A DNA stretch of 64,000 bases, taken from the NCBI RefSeq assembly GCF_006345805.1, contig NC_043005.1, forward strand, positions 98,642,001 to 98,706,000, given 5' to 3'. This stretch comes from Octopus sinensis. Taxonomy: Eukaryota. Each line of letters begins with the position of its first letter. Position 1 is the stretch's first letter. Position numbers and translations under genes: made by a program. Shown here piece after piece: positions 39,507-51,124 of the stretch. The notes below the pieces were generated by a model. The model searched no databases. It was given only the letters and a program-made list of their open reading frames with translations, and was not told the DNA's origin.

Positions 39507-40450
39507 TAATAATAAAAGGGTGAAATTAATTAATTAATTAATAATTTTATCAAGTAGATTGGTACACTAAAATAACCTTTTTAGGTAAAATTATACACAT
39601 ATTCTATAATTATAAACATAATTATAATTAGGGGTCAGCTAATTGCTTCGCCATGTACCGAATTTAGAAATAGGAGCTAAAATTTCTTTTCTACTACTGT
39701 AATGATCTCCCAGACAATAACACTTTTTTACGTAGGCAAAAAGAAAAAAAAAATAATGAATCCACACGACTCAGATTAGCTACATACGCATTTCGAGATT
39801 AAAGTACAGTTATATTACTTACTTATTTCCCATCTTCAGTGCAGCATTTCAGATATAAATTTGAGAGTGCTAGGATTAAATATGTACGCGATTGAGCGCC
39901 ATCGCATAACTGATATCCAACCAACACTTCCAAAAATATACAGTCGAATGTGAACACATTTATCTTCAATCATCATCATCATTGTTCGACCGTGGTCGAG
40001 ACAATGGAATTTACTATGTTGCGCCAGACTTCACGGTCCATCATAGCATTACGGAGGTCCTGTTGCTGGATGCCTGTATCCCTGGAGATTACATCAGGGT
40101 AGGAGAGTGTGCGTGTGTGTTACGAGCAATCCCGCAGAAACTGCAGTTTTCGATCATGGAGTAAATTATAATTTCAATATTAATAATAAAAGGCTAAAAT
40201 TAATTAATTGATCAATTAATTAATAATTAAAAATTTTACCAAGTAGATCGGTACACTAAAATAACCTTTTTAGGTAAAATTATACATATATTCTATAATT
40301 ATAAACATAATTATAATTAGGGATCAGCTAATTGCTTTGCCATGCACTGAATTTAGAAATAGGAGCCAAAATTCCTTTTCTACTACTGTAATGATCTCCC
40401 AGACAGTAATACACTTCTTTACGTAGGCAAAAAGAAAAAAATAACGAATC
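39507..40450 (-). mobile_element. Penelope-like tandem pseudo-LTR array (two ~265-bp direct repeats, 689-nt period) containing a hammerhead
   Basis: 39507-39771 is repeated at about 40183-40450, with a hammerhead just upstream of the first repeat on the minus strand. Confidence 0.65.
39779..39845 (-). ncRNA. Minimal type I hammerhead ribozyme with canonical core
   Basis: Minus strand reads GCTGCA-CTGAAGA-T-GGGA...TCTC-GAAA-TGCG-TA-TGTAGC, giving stem I GCTGCA/TGTAGC, stem II GGGA/TCTC, near-palindromic stem III ATGCGT and a GUA triplet. Confidence 0.75.
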
Positions 40451-40924
40451 TTCTAATTTTACCCTTTTATTATTAGGCACAAGGCCTGAAATTTTGGGGG
40501 AGTGGGGGGGGTCAGTCAATTAGAGTGACCCAGTACGCAACTGGTACTTAATTTATCGACCCTGAAAGGATGAAAGGCAAAGTTGATCTCGGCGGAATTT
40601 GAACTCAGAACTAGCTTATTGAGTAGGAAAAGTGCTAGATATTGATAAGTGTTAGCATAGAGCCACTGCTCCTTGTTGTTGTTGTTATGGAAGCTGTTGC
40701 TGCTGTTAATGAAGATGGTTCATCAGTGATTGGTTCAGAGAATTATGACATAATGTAACATTGACATTAGTTAATAAAGGAAGACTCAGCTGCTGACAAA
40801 ATCAAATTATAAGTATGGATTTATGCGTGCGCCATACTGCTTTGTTTAACTTCACAGCCAAAGGAAAAATCATTGAAAATTAATTATGGAATTGACTTAA
40901 AAACAATGATATTTAAGAATGGGA

Positions 40925-41290
40925 AATGGTGGTAAGAAGCTTGCTTTCCAACCACATGGTTCCAGGTTCAGTCCCACTGTGTGGCACCTTGGGCAAGTGT
41001 CTACTACTATAGCTTTGGGCCGACTAAAGCTTTGTGAGTGAATTTGGTAGATGGAAACTGAAAGAAACCTGTTGTATGTATGTGTGTGTGTGTCTGTGTT
41101 TGCCCCCTCCCCCAACTCTGCTTAACAACCAGTATTGTTGTGTTTCTTTCCCTGTAACTTACTGGTTCAGCAAAAGTACTAGGCTTAAACAAATAAATCC
41201 TAGTGTTGATTTGTTTGACTAAAACTCTTCAAGGCAGTGCTCTAGCGTGGCCACAGTCAAATGACTGAAACAAGTAAAAGAATAAAAAAA
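40925..41290 (+). mobile_element. tRNA-head SINE (family A)
   Basis: Matches the family A consensus head and tail. Confidence 0.8.
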
Positions 41291-41316
41291 AAGAATAAGT
41301 TGCAATTGTGTGTTTG

Positions 41317-41355
<39 letters not shown>

Positions 41356-41369
41356 AAGAAAGCATTACT

Positions 41370-41563
41370 TAATAAGATAAAAAACCAAGGCTGTGTAGAT
41401 ATTAGAACATTTATAGATAGAAGGTCTTACAGCTGTTTCTAGGATATTTATTAATTATATCCCTCCAATGAAGGGATATTATTAATTAATATCCTAGAAA
41501 CAGCTGTAAGACCTATCTATAAATGTTCTAATATCTACACAGCCTTGGTTTTTTATCTTATTA
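41370..41563. repeat. ~194-bp fold-back whose 7-nt loop is a hammerhead-core-like CCAATGA; Penelope-like fragment
   Basis: Arms TAATAAGATAAAAAACCAAGG...ATATCCCT / AGGGATAT...CCTTGGTTTTTTATCTTATTA, each containing GAAACAGCTGTAAGAC. A single-arm relative lies at about 58330-58430. Confidence 0.85.
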
Positions 41564-41709
41564 CACAAAAAATTCTTATATACACACGCTGACATACAAC
41601 CAACGTTGAACCCCTTATTCACAAAACTACCGAATCTGGAACTTAACTATGGTCTCTCTATAGCACTTATTCAGCATTACCTGACATCTTTGGGTCTCAA
41701 TGACACCAT

Positions 41710-41767
<58 letters not shown>

Positions 41768-41770
<3 letters not shown>

Positions 41771-42181
41771 CACAGGTGTGGGTGTGTGGTAAGTAGCTTA
41801 CTTACCAACTACATAGTTCTGGGTTCAGTCCCACTGCATGGCATCTTAGACAAGTGTTTTCTACTATAGCCTCAGGCTGACCAAAGCTTTGTGAGTGGAT
41901 TTGGTAGACGGAAACTGAAAGAAGCCTGTCGTGTGTATGTATGTATATATATGTATATATATATGTGTGTGTGTGTATGTTTGTGTGTCTGTGTTTGTCT
42001 CCAGCCCCCCCCCCCATTGCTTGACAACTGATGTTGGTGTGTGTTTATGTCCCCGTAAACTTAGTGGTTTGGCAAAAGAGACTGATAGAACAAGTACTAG
42101 CCTACAAAGAATAAGTCCTGGGGTTCAACTACAGGTGCTGCTCCAGCATGGCCAGAGTCAAATGACTGAAACAAATAAAAG

Positions 42182-42184
<3 letters not shown>
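41768..42184 (+). mobile_element. tRNA-head SINE (family A)
   Basis: Full head, internal microsatellite and tail. Confidence 0.85.
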
Positions 42185-42220
<36 letters not shown>

Positions 42221-42729
42221 CACACACACATATATATATAAACCACAAAATGTCAGGAGGTATGACAGCAATATATTATTTAACCACTTGATATAAAATT
42301 ACAGCTGTTTCACAGCCTTCTTCCACTAGTAATAATTTCAGTGTGGAATAAAATTATGCTTACATGTTCACATTGATATGCATGCTATGCATTATACAAT
42401 ACAGTTGTATATTCAAAAATCAATGCAAATAAAGCTAGCTAGCCAATAAGATCACCAGAACATCATGGTTATGTTAATGAGTCAACTCTAAGCATACATA
42501 CAAAGTTTTCTCTTTATATATACAACATATGAAAGCTCAAAGTTAGCTTGTGGTCTGTAAAAATAAAAACTTGTTTTATATTAAGGTACTAGAAAGAAGT
42601 TCAGGGAGTTGACTATCCCTAATGTTAAAAAACCCCAAAAACAGGATGGGATAAAAAGCGAAAGTATAGTAGTTTAAGTAAATATTAAAAAACTAACATA
42701 CCTGTATCGTCAAAAATGGCGACAGTTTA

Positions 42730-43112
42730 TCTCTCTCTATATAAACGGCAGTTTGTCTGTGCGTTTTCTGTGTGTCTGTTTTCTCGTACCCTCACTCTGA
42801 CCACAGCTTTCAACCGATTCTGATGAAACTTGACACACACATAGCCCAATGTCATAATTCAAAACTAACGCAGCGAAAATTTTGAAAAGTTCCCCCAGTT
42901 CTGAAAAAAATCGATAAATTCGACATGGGGTCGAGAATCAGAAACCCAAACCACAGACCGTCTAGGGGACGCAACTCCACCTTTTTTAACTCTCAAAAAA
43001 ATTTACCATCATTTTTTCCCCATTTTTTTGCTATTTTTTGGCTATAACTCTCTAAAAATGCTTTATAGTTATTTCCCTTACAAACCTGAGCAACGCCGGG
43101 CGATACTGCTAG
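42730..43112 (+). mobile_element. Non-autonomous Helitron
   Basis: Inserted between A and T, with 5' TC and a 3' GC-rich segment GCAACGCCGGGCGATACTG plus CTAG. Termini are shared with 10491-10874. Confidence 0.82.
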
Positions 43113-43659
43113 TTAATGATAAAATATGACACATCAGCACAATAGGAGAAACCATTGATAGATGTCAGCAATCTAGTAAATATATGTACAAACATAGAAT
43201 CGAAACACTTGAAAAATCAGATATGGTTGTACTATCTTGTTTGAAAATATCCTCCACATAATGTGTGTGTTTGTGTGTATGTATGTATGTATAAATGTAC
43301 ACACACACACACACACACATGCACACATATCTATATCTATCCATCCATCCATCCCCCCACACCACACCACACATCATTTAATGTCTGCTTTCCATACTGG
43401 CATGGGTTGGATGGTGTGACATGGAGCCGGCTAGCAGGGAGCTGTCCAGACTCCACCTGTCTGTTGTGGCATGGTTTCTATGGCTGGATGAGGCCCTTCC
43501 TAATGCCAACCACTTAACAGAGTGTGGACTGTGTGTCTTTTACATGCCAGCACTGGCACAGGTGCATTTACGCAGCACTGACACAGGTGCTTTTTATGGG
43601 CCACTGGCACCTGAAAAGACAAGCCTGTACATGTGGAAGATGGCAATTTTACTTAGCTT

Positions 43660-44330
43660 GATGTGTTTTATCAAATACAACAAATTGCCACATCTCCCAG
43701 TCTCTTGTCATTTCCTCAGTGAGGCCCAGGGTTCAAAGATCCTTTCCCACCACTTTGTCCCACGTCTTCCTGGGTCTAAACTTTCCACAGGTTTCCTCCA
43801 TAATTAGAGCTTGGTACTTCTTTATGCAGCTGCTCTCATTCATATGCATCATATCACCAAACCGGTGCAGTCTTCTCTCTTGCACACAAAATCTGATACT
43901 CTTATACCCAGTTTTCCTCTTAAATCATTTATACTCTATCGTGCATGCACACTGACATTACCATCCAGCGGAGCATGCTAGTTCATTTCTTTCAAGTATT
44001 TGCAAGTCCTCTGTAGTGAAAGCCCATATTTCATTGCCCTGTAACAGCTGTACATACACAAACATTATACAATCTGCCTGTCACTCTGAGAGAATAAGAA
44101 CAGGCTGGATGAAGTTCAGAGAGTTACTACCTCTGTTAGTAATGAAGGGCCTCTCCCTCAGAGTGAATGGCAGACTATATGATGCCTCTGTATGAACAGC
44201 TATACTGCATGGCAGTGAGACCTGGGCTGTGACTACTGAGGATATGTGAAAACTTGAAAGAAATGAAGGCAGTATGCTTCACTGGATGGGTAATATCAAT
44301 GTGCATATTTGACAGAAAAGCTTAAGAACC
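43660..44330. mobile_element. Two RTE LINE C-terminal fragments in opposite orientation
   Basis: The minus-strand fragment (to about 44092) and the plus-strand fragment (from about 44091) both cover the LSLRVxGRLY...ETWA...LERNE...ML.W segment. Confidence 0.65.
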
Positions 44331-44409
44331 CTATGGTTAGAGATTTAGAGATATCCTTACCGAGAAATTTGATAGGGAGGAGCTACTGTCCTGTGACATA
44401 GAAGGCAGC

Positions 44410-47025
44410 TGGGAATTCCTGAGTGACAGCTTGTTGAGTGCCGCAGACCAAATCTGTGGCTGGTGCAAAGTCCCTTCCAGACCTAGCGTAACATGGTGGT
44501 GCAACAATACTGTAGGCAGTATAAAGAAACAGGCTTGGAAGGCCTGGAAGAGTCGGAGTAGCAGGAGAATGTATCAGCTAGCCAAAAGGGAAGCTAGGAG
44601 ACAGGTATATATAGCCAAAGGAGTAGCAGAAAAGAAGTTTGCCAATGTTCAGCGACATGAGGACCAAAGAACTGAAGTATTTCGGATTGCAAGACTGTAT
44701 GTGAGAGAAAACTGTGGTGTCACAGGAGAGAAATGTGTCTGCATGGATGATGGTGCTCTTGTGTTTAATGATTCTTCAAAGAAAGAGGCTTGAAGATGCC
44801 ATTATGAAAGACTGCTGAATGTGGAGAATGAATGGGAGAAGGAGAGTCTGCCAAAGGTTGACCCAGTTGAGGGACCAGCTACCCGAATCGACAGTACCCT
44901 GGCAGATAAAGTAATTAAGGATATGAAGACAGGGAAAGCACATGGCCCATCAGGAATCACTGCTGAGATACTTAAAATATTGGGTGGTGTGTGTTATGGT
45001 CTTGTCACCCACATCATAAATCAGGGAGTTCATGAAGGAGTCGTACCCAATGACTGATGTAGCAGCAGCAGCACCATAGTCAACTGCTACAAGGGTAAAG
45101 GTGATGCTTTAGATAGAAATAACTACAGAGGTATCATATTATTGGATCAGATGATGAAAGTTACATGGAGGGTCATAGCCCAACTAATTAAAGAGAGAGT
45201 TAGCCTAGATGAGATGCAGTTTGGTTTTGTGCCAGGCGGAAGCACCACTGATTCTATATTTCTGGTAAGGCAACTGCAGGAGAAATATCTAGCCAAAGAT
45301 AAACCTCTGTACTTGGCTTTTGCTGACTTGTAGAAAGCCTTTCACAGGGTGCCCCGATCCCTATCTGGTGGTCAATGTGGAAACTAGGGATAGACGAATG
45401 GTTGGTAAGTGCTGTACAAGCCCTCTACAAGGATGCTGTCAGTAAGGTGAGGGTTGGCAACGAGTATAGTGAAGAATTCCGAGTAGAAGTAGGGGTTCAC
45501 CAAGGATCAGTCCTCAGCCCCATCTTATTCATTATAGTCCTCCAGACAATAACAGAGGAATTCAAGACAGGCTGCCCTGGGAGCTTCTCTATGCTCTAAT
45601 AGCCAAGTCACTGCCAGAACTAGAGACGATGTTTAGGGTGTGGAAGCAAGGTCTAGAATCAAAAGGCCTTAGGGTTAACATAGCAAAAACCAAAGTCTTA
45701 GTAAGCAGGAAGTCTGTCAAATCACAAGCCCCTTCAGGTTGATGGCCTTGCTCGATCTGTAGAAAAGACGTGGGTAGAAACTCCATATGATGTATTTGGT
45801 GTAAGATATGGACACATAAAAGGTGCAGCAATATTAAAGGAAGGTTAACTAGGAAGATAGTTTTTGTGTGTGGCAGATGTACTGGGACAATAAACACTGA
45901 AGATGTACAGAAGACAGATTCCATCACATGCCAGGGTGAGAAACTAGAAGTAGTTAATAGCTTCCATTACCTAGGTGACCAAGTCTGTAGTGTGGGTGGT
46001 TGCTCTGAGAGCATAGCAGTTAGAATAAGAATAGCCTGGGCAAAGTTCAAGGAGCTCATATCTCTGCTGGCAACTGTATGATGCATGTATGCAAACCGCC
46101 ATGCTACACAGCAGTGAAACATGAGCCATGACTGCTGAGGACATGTTAAGGCTTGAAAGAAATGATGCTAGTATGATCCACTGGACGTGTAATGTTAGTG
46201 TGCGCACAAGACAGAGTGTAAGCGCCCTAAGTGAAAAGTTGGGCATAAGAAGCATCTAATGTGGTGTGCAAGAGAGATGATTGTGCTGGTATGGTCATGT
46301 GTTATGTATAGATGAGGACAGCTGTGTGATGAAGTGCCACTCCCTAACTGTGGAAGAGGTAGACCCAGGAAGACATGGGATGACCTCCGAACATTGGGCC
46401 TCACAGAGGCAATGACAGGAGACCAAGACCTATGTTGTGATTGAGAAGACCCGGCAACTAAAGTGGGATCGCAACTATGCACATCTGGCCCAGTTAAAGA
46501 GTACCCCTGATGTGTTGGGCGATATGATATGCATGAAAAGACCTGTTGAGTCAAGGCCAGTACCCCCTACTGGCTCCCATGCTGGTGGCATGTAAAATGC
46601 ACCCTCCGAATGTGGCTGGTGCCAGTACCCCTTGACTGGCTCCCATGCTGGTGGCACATAAAAAGCACTATCTAAATGTGATCGACATCAGGACTGCCTG
46701 ACTGGCTCCTGTGCCGGTGGTACGAAAAAAGCACCATCTGAGCATGAATGATGCCAATGCCCCCTGACTGGTCCCATGCCGGCGGCACATAAAATGCACT
46801 ATCCGAACCTGATTGATACCATGCCTGCCTGACTGGCTCCTGTGCCGGTGGCACCTAAATAGCACCCACTACACTCTCAGAATGCTTGGTATTAGGAAGG
46901 GCGTCTAGCTGTAGAAACATTACCAGATCAGATTGGAGCTTGGTGCAGCCACTGGCTTTCCAGACCTCAGTCAAACCGTCCAACCCATGCCAGCATGGAA
47001 AACGGATGTTAAATGATGATGATGT
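44410..47025 (+). mobile_element. 5'-truncated RTE-clade LINE: RT pseudogene, PHD-like finger, tandem-unit 3' UTR and (GAT)n tail
   Basis: GKAHGPSGITAEILK, NYRGI, MQFGFVPGGSTTDSIFLVRQLQEKY, GVHQGSVLSPILF and IRIAWAKFKEL, with several stops. Ends ...TTAAATGATGATGATG. Confidence 0.92.
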
Positions 47026-47440
47026 AAATAATTTGAGAGAAGAACTGGGTATACGAAACATCAGACAGTGCTGATATGACCATGTAATGTGTATGAATGA
47101 AGACAGTCACATCAAGAGATGCTGCTGTGCTTTTATATTTACCTTCTATGTAATTATATTCCATTCACTTTTAGCTTGATATTTTGGGCTTCAATAGTGT
47201 TTTATAACTGTTTGTTTTTCCAATTGTGACACAGGAAAGGAACCTGTTAATCATTCAATTGTAACCAGAATCACAATTCAATGGCTGTAATAACATTTGT
47301 CGTCTTTGTTCTTTGTGTGTGTTAATTGTACTGACATAATGACTCTCCCTAGATATAATAAAACAAAGTAGTATGTCAAAAACTTTCTCACTTTTGTCAA
47401 TTTATATTGTGTGTGTGGTGTGTGTATATATATATATACC

Positions 47441-47826
47441 AGTGTCGCCTTACTGGCACTTGTGCCCATGCTAGTAGGGTGCCAAGAGCACCACCCGAGC
47501 GTGATCATTGCCAGAGCAGCCAACTGGCTACTGTGCCGATGGCATGTAAAAGACACCATTTGAGCATGACCGTTACCAGCATTGCCTTACTGGCACCTGT
47601 GCCGGTGGTATGTGTAAAAGATTTGAGCGAGGTCGTTGCCAGTGCCGCCTGACTGGCACGTAAAAGCACTCCATACGGTCTCGGAGTGGTTGGCGTTAGG
47701 AAGGACATCCAGCTGTAGAAACTCTGCCAGATCAAGATTGGAACCTGGTTCGCCAACCCTCAGTCAAAATCGTCCAACCCATGCTAGCATGGAAAGCGGA
47801 CGTTAAACGATGATGATGATGATGAT
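47441..47826 (+). mobile_element. RTE-tail repeat (family B), ending about 60 nt upstream of a RIC1 exon
   Basis: Internal tandem units followed by GCTAGCATGGAAAGCGGACGTTAAACGATGATGATG. Confidence 0.82.
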
Positions 47827-47884
47827 ATATATTATATATATTCTGTATGAATTTATAATCTTGGGTTATTCTTAATATTTTCAG

Positions 47885-47973
47885 TGGTGAAGGAATTGTT
47901 TACTCATTTGATGAAATGGTTGGTGTCCTTGAGGTCTCACATTACTTGAAAGTATTGAATAAAGATTATCCAG
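47885..47973 (+). CDS. RIC1: RIC1 coding exon (approx. exon 8), GEGIVYSFDEMVGVLEVSHYLKVLNKDYP
   Basis: attttcag acceptor and GTAAAA donor, 89 nt, phase 2-1. Matches human [29 protein letters not shown]. Confidence 0.92.
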
Positions 47974-48069
47974 GTAAAATATAATTTTGTATTCTATTTG
48001 TAGAATTATATATTTTAAACTGTTAGCTCCATTTTTGTTTTTTTTAAAATTTGTTTTAAAATAAAGCTC

Positions 48070-48484
48070 AACAGGTGTAGTAGTGGCCGTGTGGTAAGTA
48101 GCTTGCTTACTGACCACATGATTCCGGGTTCAGTCGCACTGTGTGGCCCCTGGGCAAATGTCTTCTACTATAGCCTCGGGCCGACCAAAGCCTTGTGAGT
48201 GGATTTTGTACAAGGAAACTGAAAGAAGCCTGTCATATATGTGTATATATATATTTATGTGTGTGTGTATGTTTGTGTGTCTGTGTTTGTCCCTGCAACA
48301 TCATTTGACAACTGATGCTGGTGTGTTTACATCCCCATAACTTAGCAGTTCGGCAAAAGAGACCGATAGAATAAGTACTAGGCTTACAAAGAATAAGTCC
48401 CGGGGTCGATTTGCTCGACTAAAGGCGGTGCTCCAGCATGGCCACAGTCAAATGACTGAAACAAGTAAAAGAGAGTAAAAGAGT
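48070..48484 (+). mobile_element. tRNA-head SINE (family A)
   Basis: Full-length family A copy. Confidence 0.85.
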
Positions 48485-49205
48485 ATTTTGAATACTTTAA
48501 TCTTTATTCAACATGAGGCAGCCAGTGTTTTGGTTGGGATTGAACATGCAGAGTCTTTCCATGCAGCATTCCAACATACTTATTTACTGCCAGGACAACT
48601 AAAACACTTGTGATATTGATTTCAATATAAATGCATCTGCTCTATCAATTTGTTTCAATTATTTAATTACCTTACAATATTATAATCCATTGAATTGTTA
48701 GGGCATTACAGTGTCTTAATGGACTGCTTTACCATTCAGTTGATTTCAGGAAGAATAAATAGCCACACATTTCTACATTCATTGCAACACTTTATACACA
48801 TTCATTATAACATAGATGCTATTATGAAAAGCTGTAACAGATGGCAAGTTCTGTATCTATTTAAGGCTTATATGTTCAAGAAATATGTTTATTGGAGGCC
48901 CAGTAATGTCACCAATAACTGAAATAAAGGAGAAAATTGGTTGGACAAGAATATATTAAGTGAAGAAAACAACAAAGAAAGAACAGTAAACTTAAAAGAA
49001 AAAGAAAGATTCAGATGACTGGAATATACAAAGGAATATTAGGTGCAGGTGTGGCTGTGTGGTTAGAAGTTTGCTTCTCAGTCATGTGTTCTGGGTTCAG
49101 TCCCACTGCATAGCACTGTGGGCAAGTGTCTTCTACTATAGCCCTTGGCCAACCAAAGCCTTATGAGTGGATTTAGTAGGCAGAAACTGAAAGAAGCCTG
49201 TTGTG

Positions 49206-49247
<42 letters not shown>

Positions 49248-50589
49248 TGATATATTCTGTTAAGAATATAGTAGACTACAGCATAAAGGTCATCCACCTT
49301 CTGATTTACCCTTTGCTATCCAGTAGTAGTATTATTCGTACTTCCAGTTTGTGTTTGGGATCTGCTGTTTGTGAATATATAACTGAAAAAATTGTATGCG
49401 TGTGAGTGTGTGTATGTGTTTAAAGAAAACCTCATGTAACCAACCACAAAGTACAAATCAGCAGTACAAAGAAATAAAATGCCAATCCCTTTAAAACTGA
49501 CCACTTTAACAGTACCAGAATCACCCTCCCATTACATCTACACATTCAAGCAGTTTTCCACCGGCCCTTCAACAACAATGCACCCTGATAAGCTCAGTGA
49601 CTACTTCTAAATTCAGGCCATGACAGACAGAGGGGATGTTCTTGAAGCTGAGGTTGTTAAACTTATGGACACAATAGTTACACATCACTTGAATAAACAC
49701 AACTAGATCTCATAATGCAGGGAAACAGTTGCATAATCAAGTACCTGTACTCCTGGCAAACTATGTTGCATGGAGACAATTGTAGTGATTGAAAAATAAA
49801 TGTCCAACCGTACCCCTTCTTGTTGACTCCAACTTTTTCAGTTATATGTATGTATAAACAATAAATTAAATAGATACAATTGACAATCCAATAATTTATT
49901 TATATTATAATATAACAATATACTATGAATGTGATATAATATAATATAATATAACATAAACAATTATTTAAACAACCAAAAAAACCAACTATTTGTTTTG
50001 ACTTATATACAGTTTTTGAAATATAAACAATTCACTTTGCTTATGTATTCGTCACATCAGGGCAATGGTGTGTAGATAGATGAAATTCCTTGTGAAAGAA
50101 TTGCTGGATTGTAAAAAAATTAATTCAAATACCTATGTATTATGAGCGTGAGCATTAGCCATTTAACTACATGTCAGTTACATTAAAAATTAAAAGAACA
50201 ACAAAATTATAATGGACAAAATGATTAGATAGAATCTATAGCTATCGAAATATATATCTAGATATCTTAAATAATATCAATTCAAACTCGTTTATGTCCA
50301 AGACAATCTTTTGCTATTAAGATAACATACAGCAACAATATATATGTATATAATTAAGTATCAGGGTCTTACTTAATCTATAAACTACAATAAAACATGT
50401 AAAAAGATATAAGTATAATTATAGTTTTAACATATAATAACTCTTTGATTTATTTAAAGTTATTGATATAAAAAAGTTGTTTAAAGTAACTAATAAAAGT
50501 GTTCAATAGTTATTATTTATTGGAGGGAGAATTCCGTAATAAATATGAAGATAAATTTAGAGCTATAGACACTATTTCAAAAATACCCC

Positions 50590-51124
50590 ATAGATTCGAT
50601 GGCTGGCGTTCGTGTTAGTGGGGTGCAAAGAGCACCATACGAGTGTGATCATTGACAGAGCGGCTAACCAACTTCCGTGCCTGTGGCACTTAAAAGGCAC
50701 CATTCGAGCATGATCGTTACCAGCATCACATTACTGGCACTCGAGCCCCGTGCTAGTAGGGTATTAAGAGCACCATCCGAGCGTGATCGTTGCCAGAGCG
50801 GCTATCTGGCCTCCATGCCGGTGGCATGTAAAAGTCATCATTCGAGCATGATCGTTACTAGCATTGCCTTACTGGCACCTGTGCCGGTGGCATGTGTAAA
50901 AGATTTGAGCGAGGTCGTTGCCAGTGCCGCCTGACTGGCTCCGTGCAGGTGGCACGTAAAAGCACTCCCTACACTCTCAGAGTGGTTGGCGTTAGGAAGG
51001 GCATCCAACTGTAGAAACTCTGCCAGATCAAGATTGAAGCCTGGTGCAGCCATCTGGTTTGCCAGACCTCAGTCATTTGTCCAACCCATGCTAGCATGGA
51101 AAGCGGACGTTAAACGATGATGAT
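50590..51124 (+). mobile_element. RTE-tail repeat (family B), long form with about six internal units
   Basis: Repeated GTGCC-GGT-GGCA units and a (GAT)n tail. Confidence 0.82.

Noticed and set aside
40118-40152. GAAACTGCAGTTTC palindrome resembling a hammerhead stem III
   Set aside because: No valid 7-nt core or stem I can be placed on either strand.
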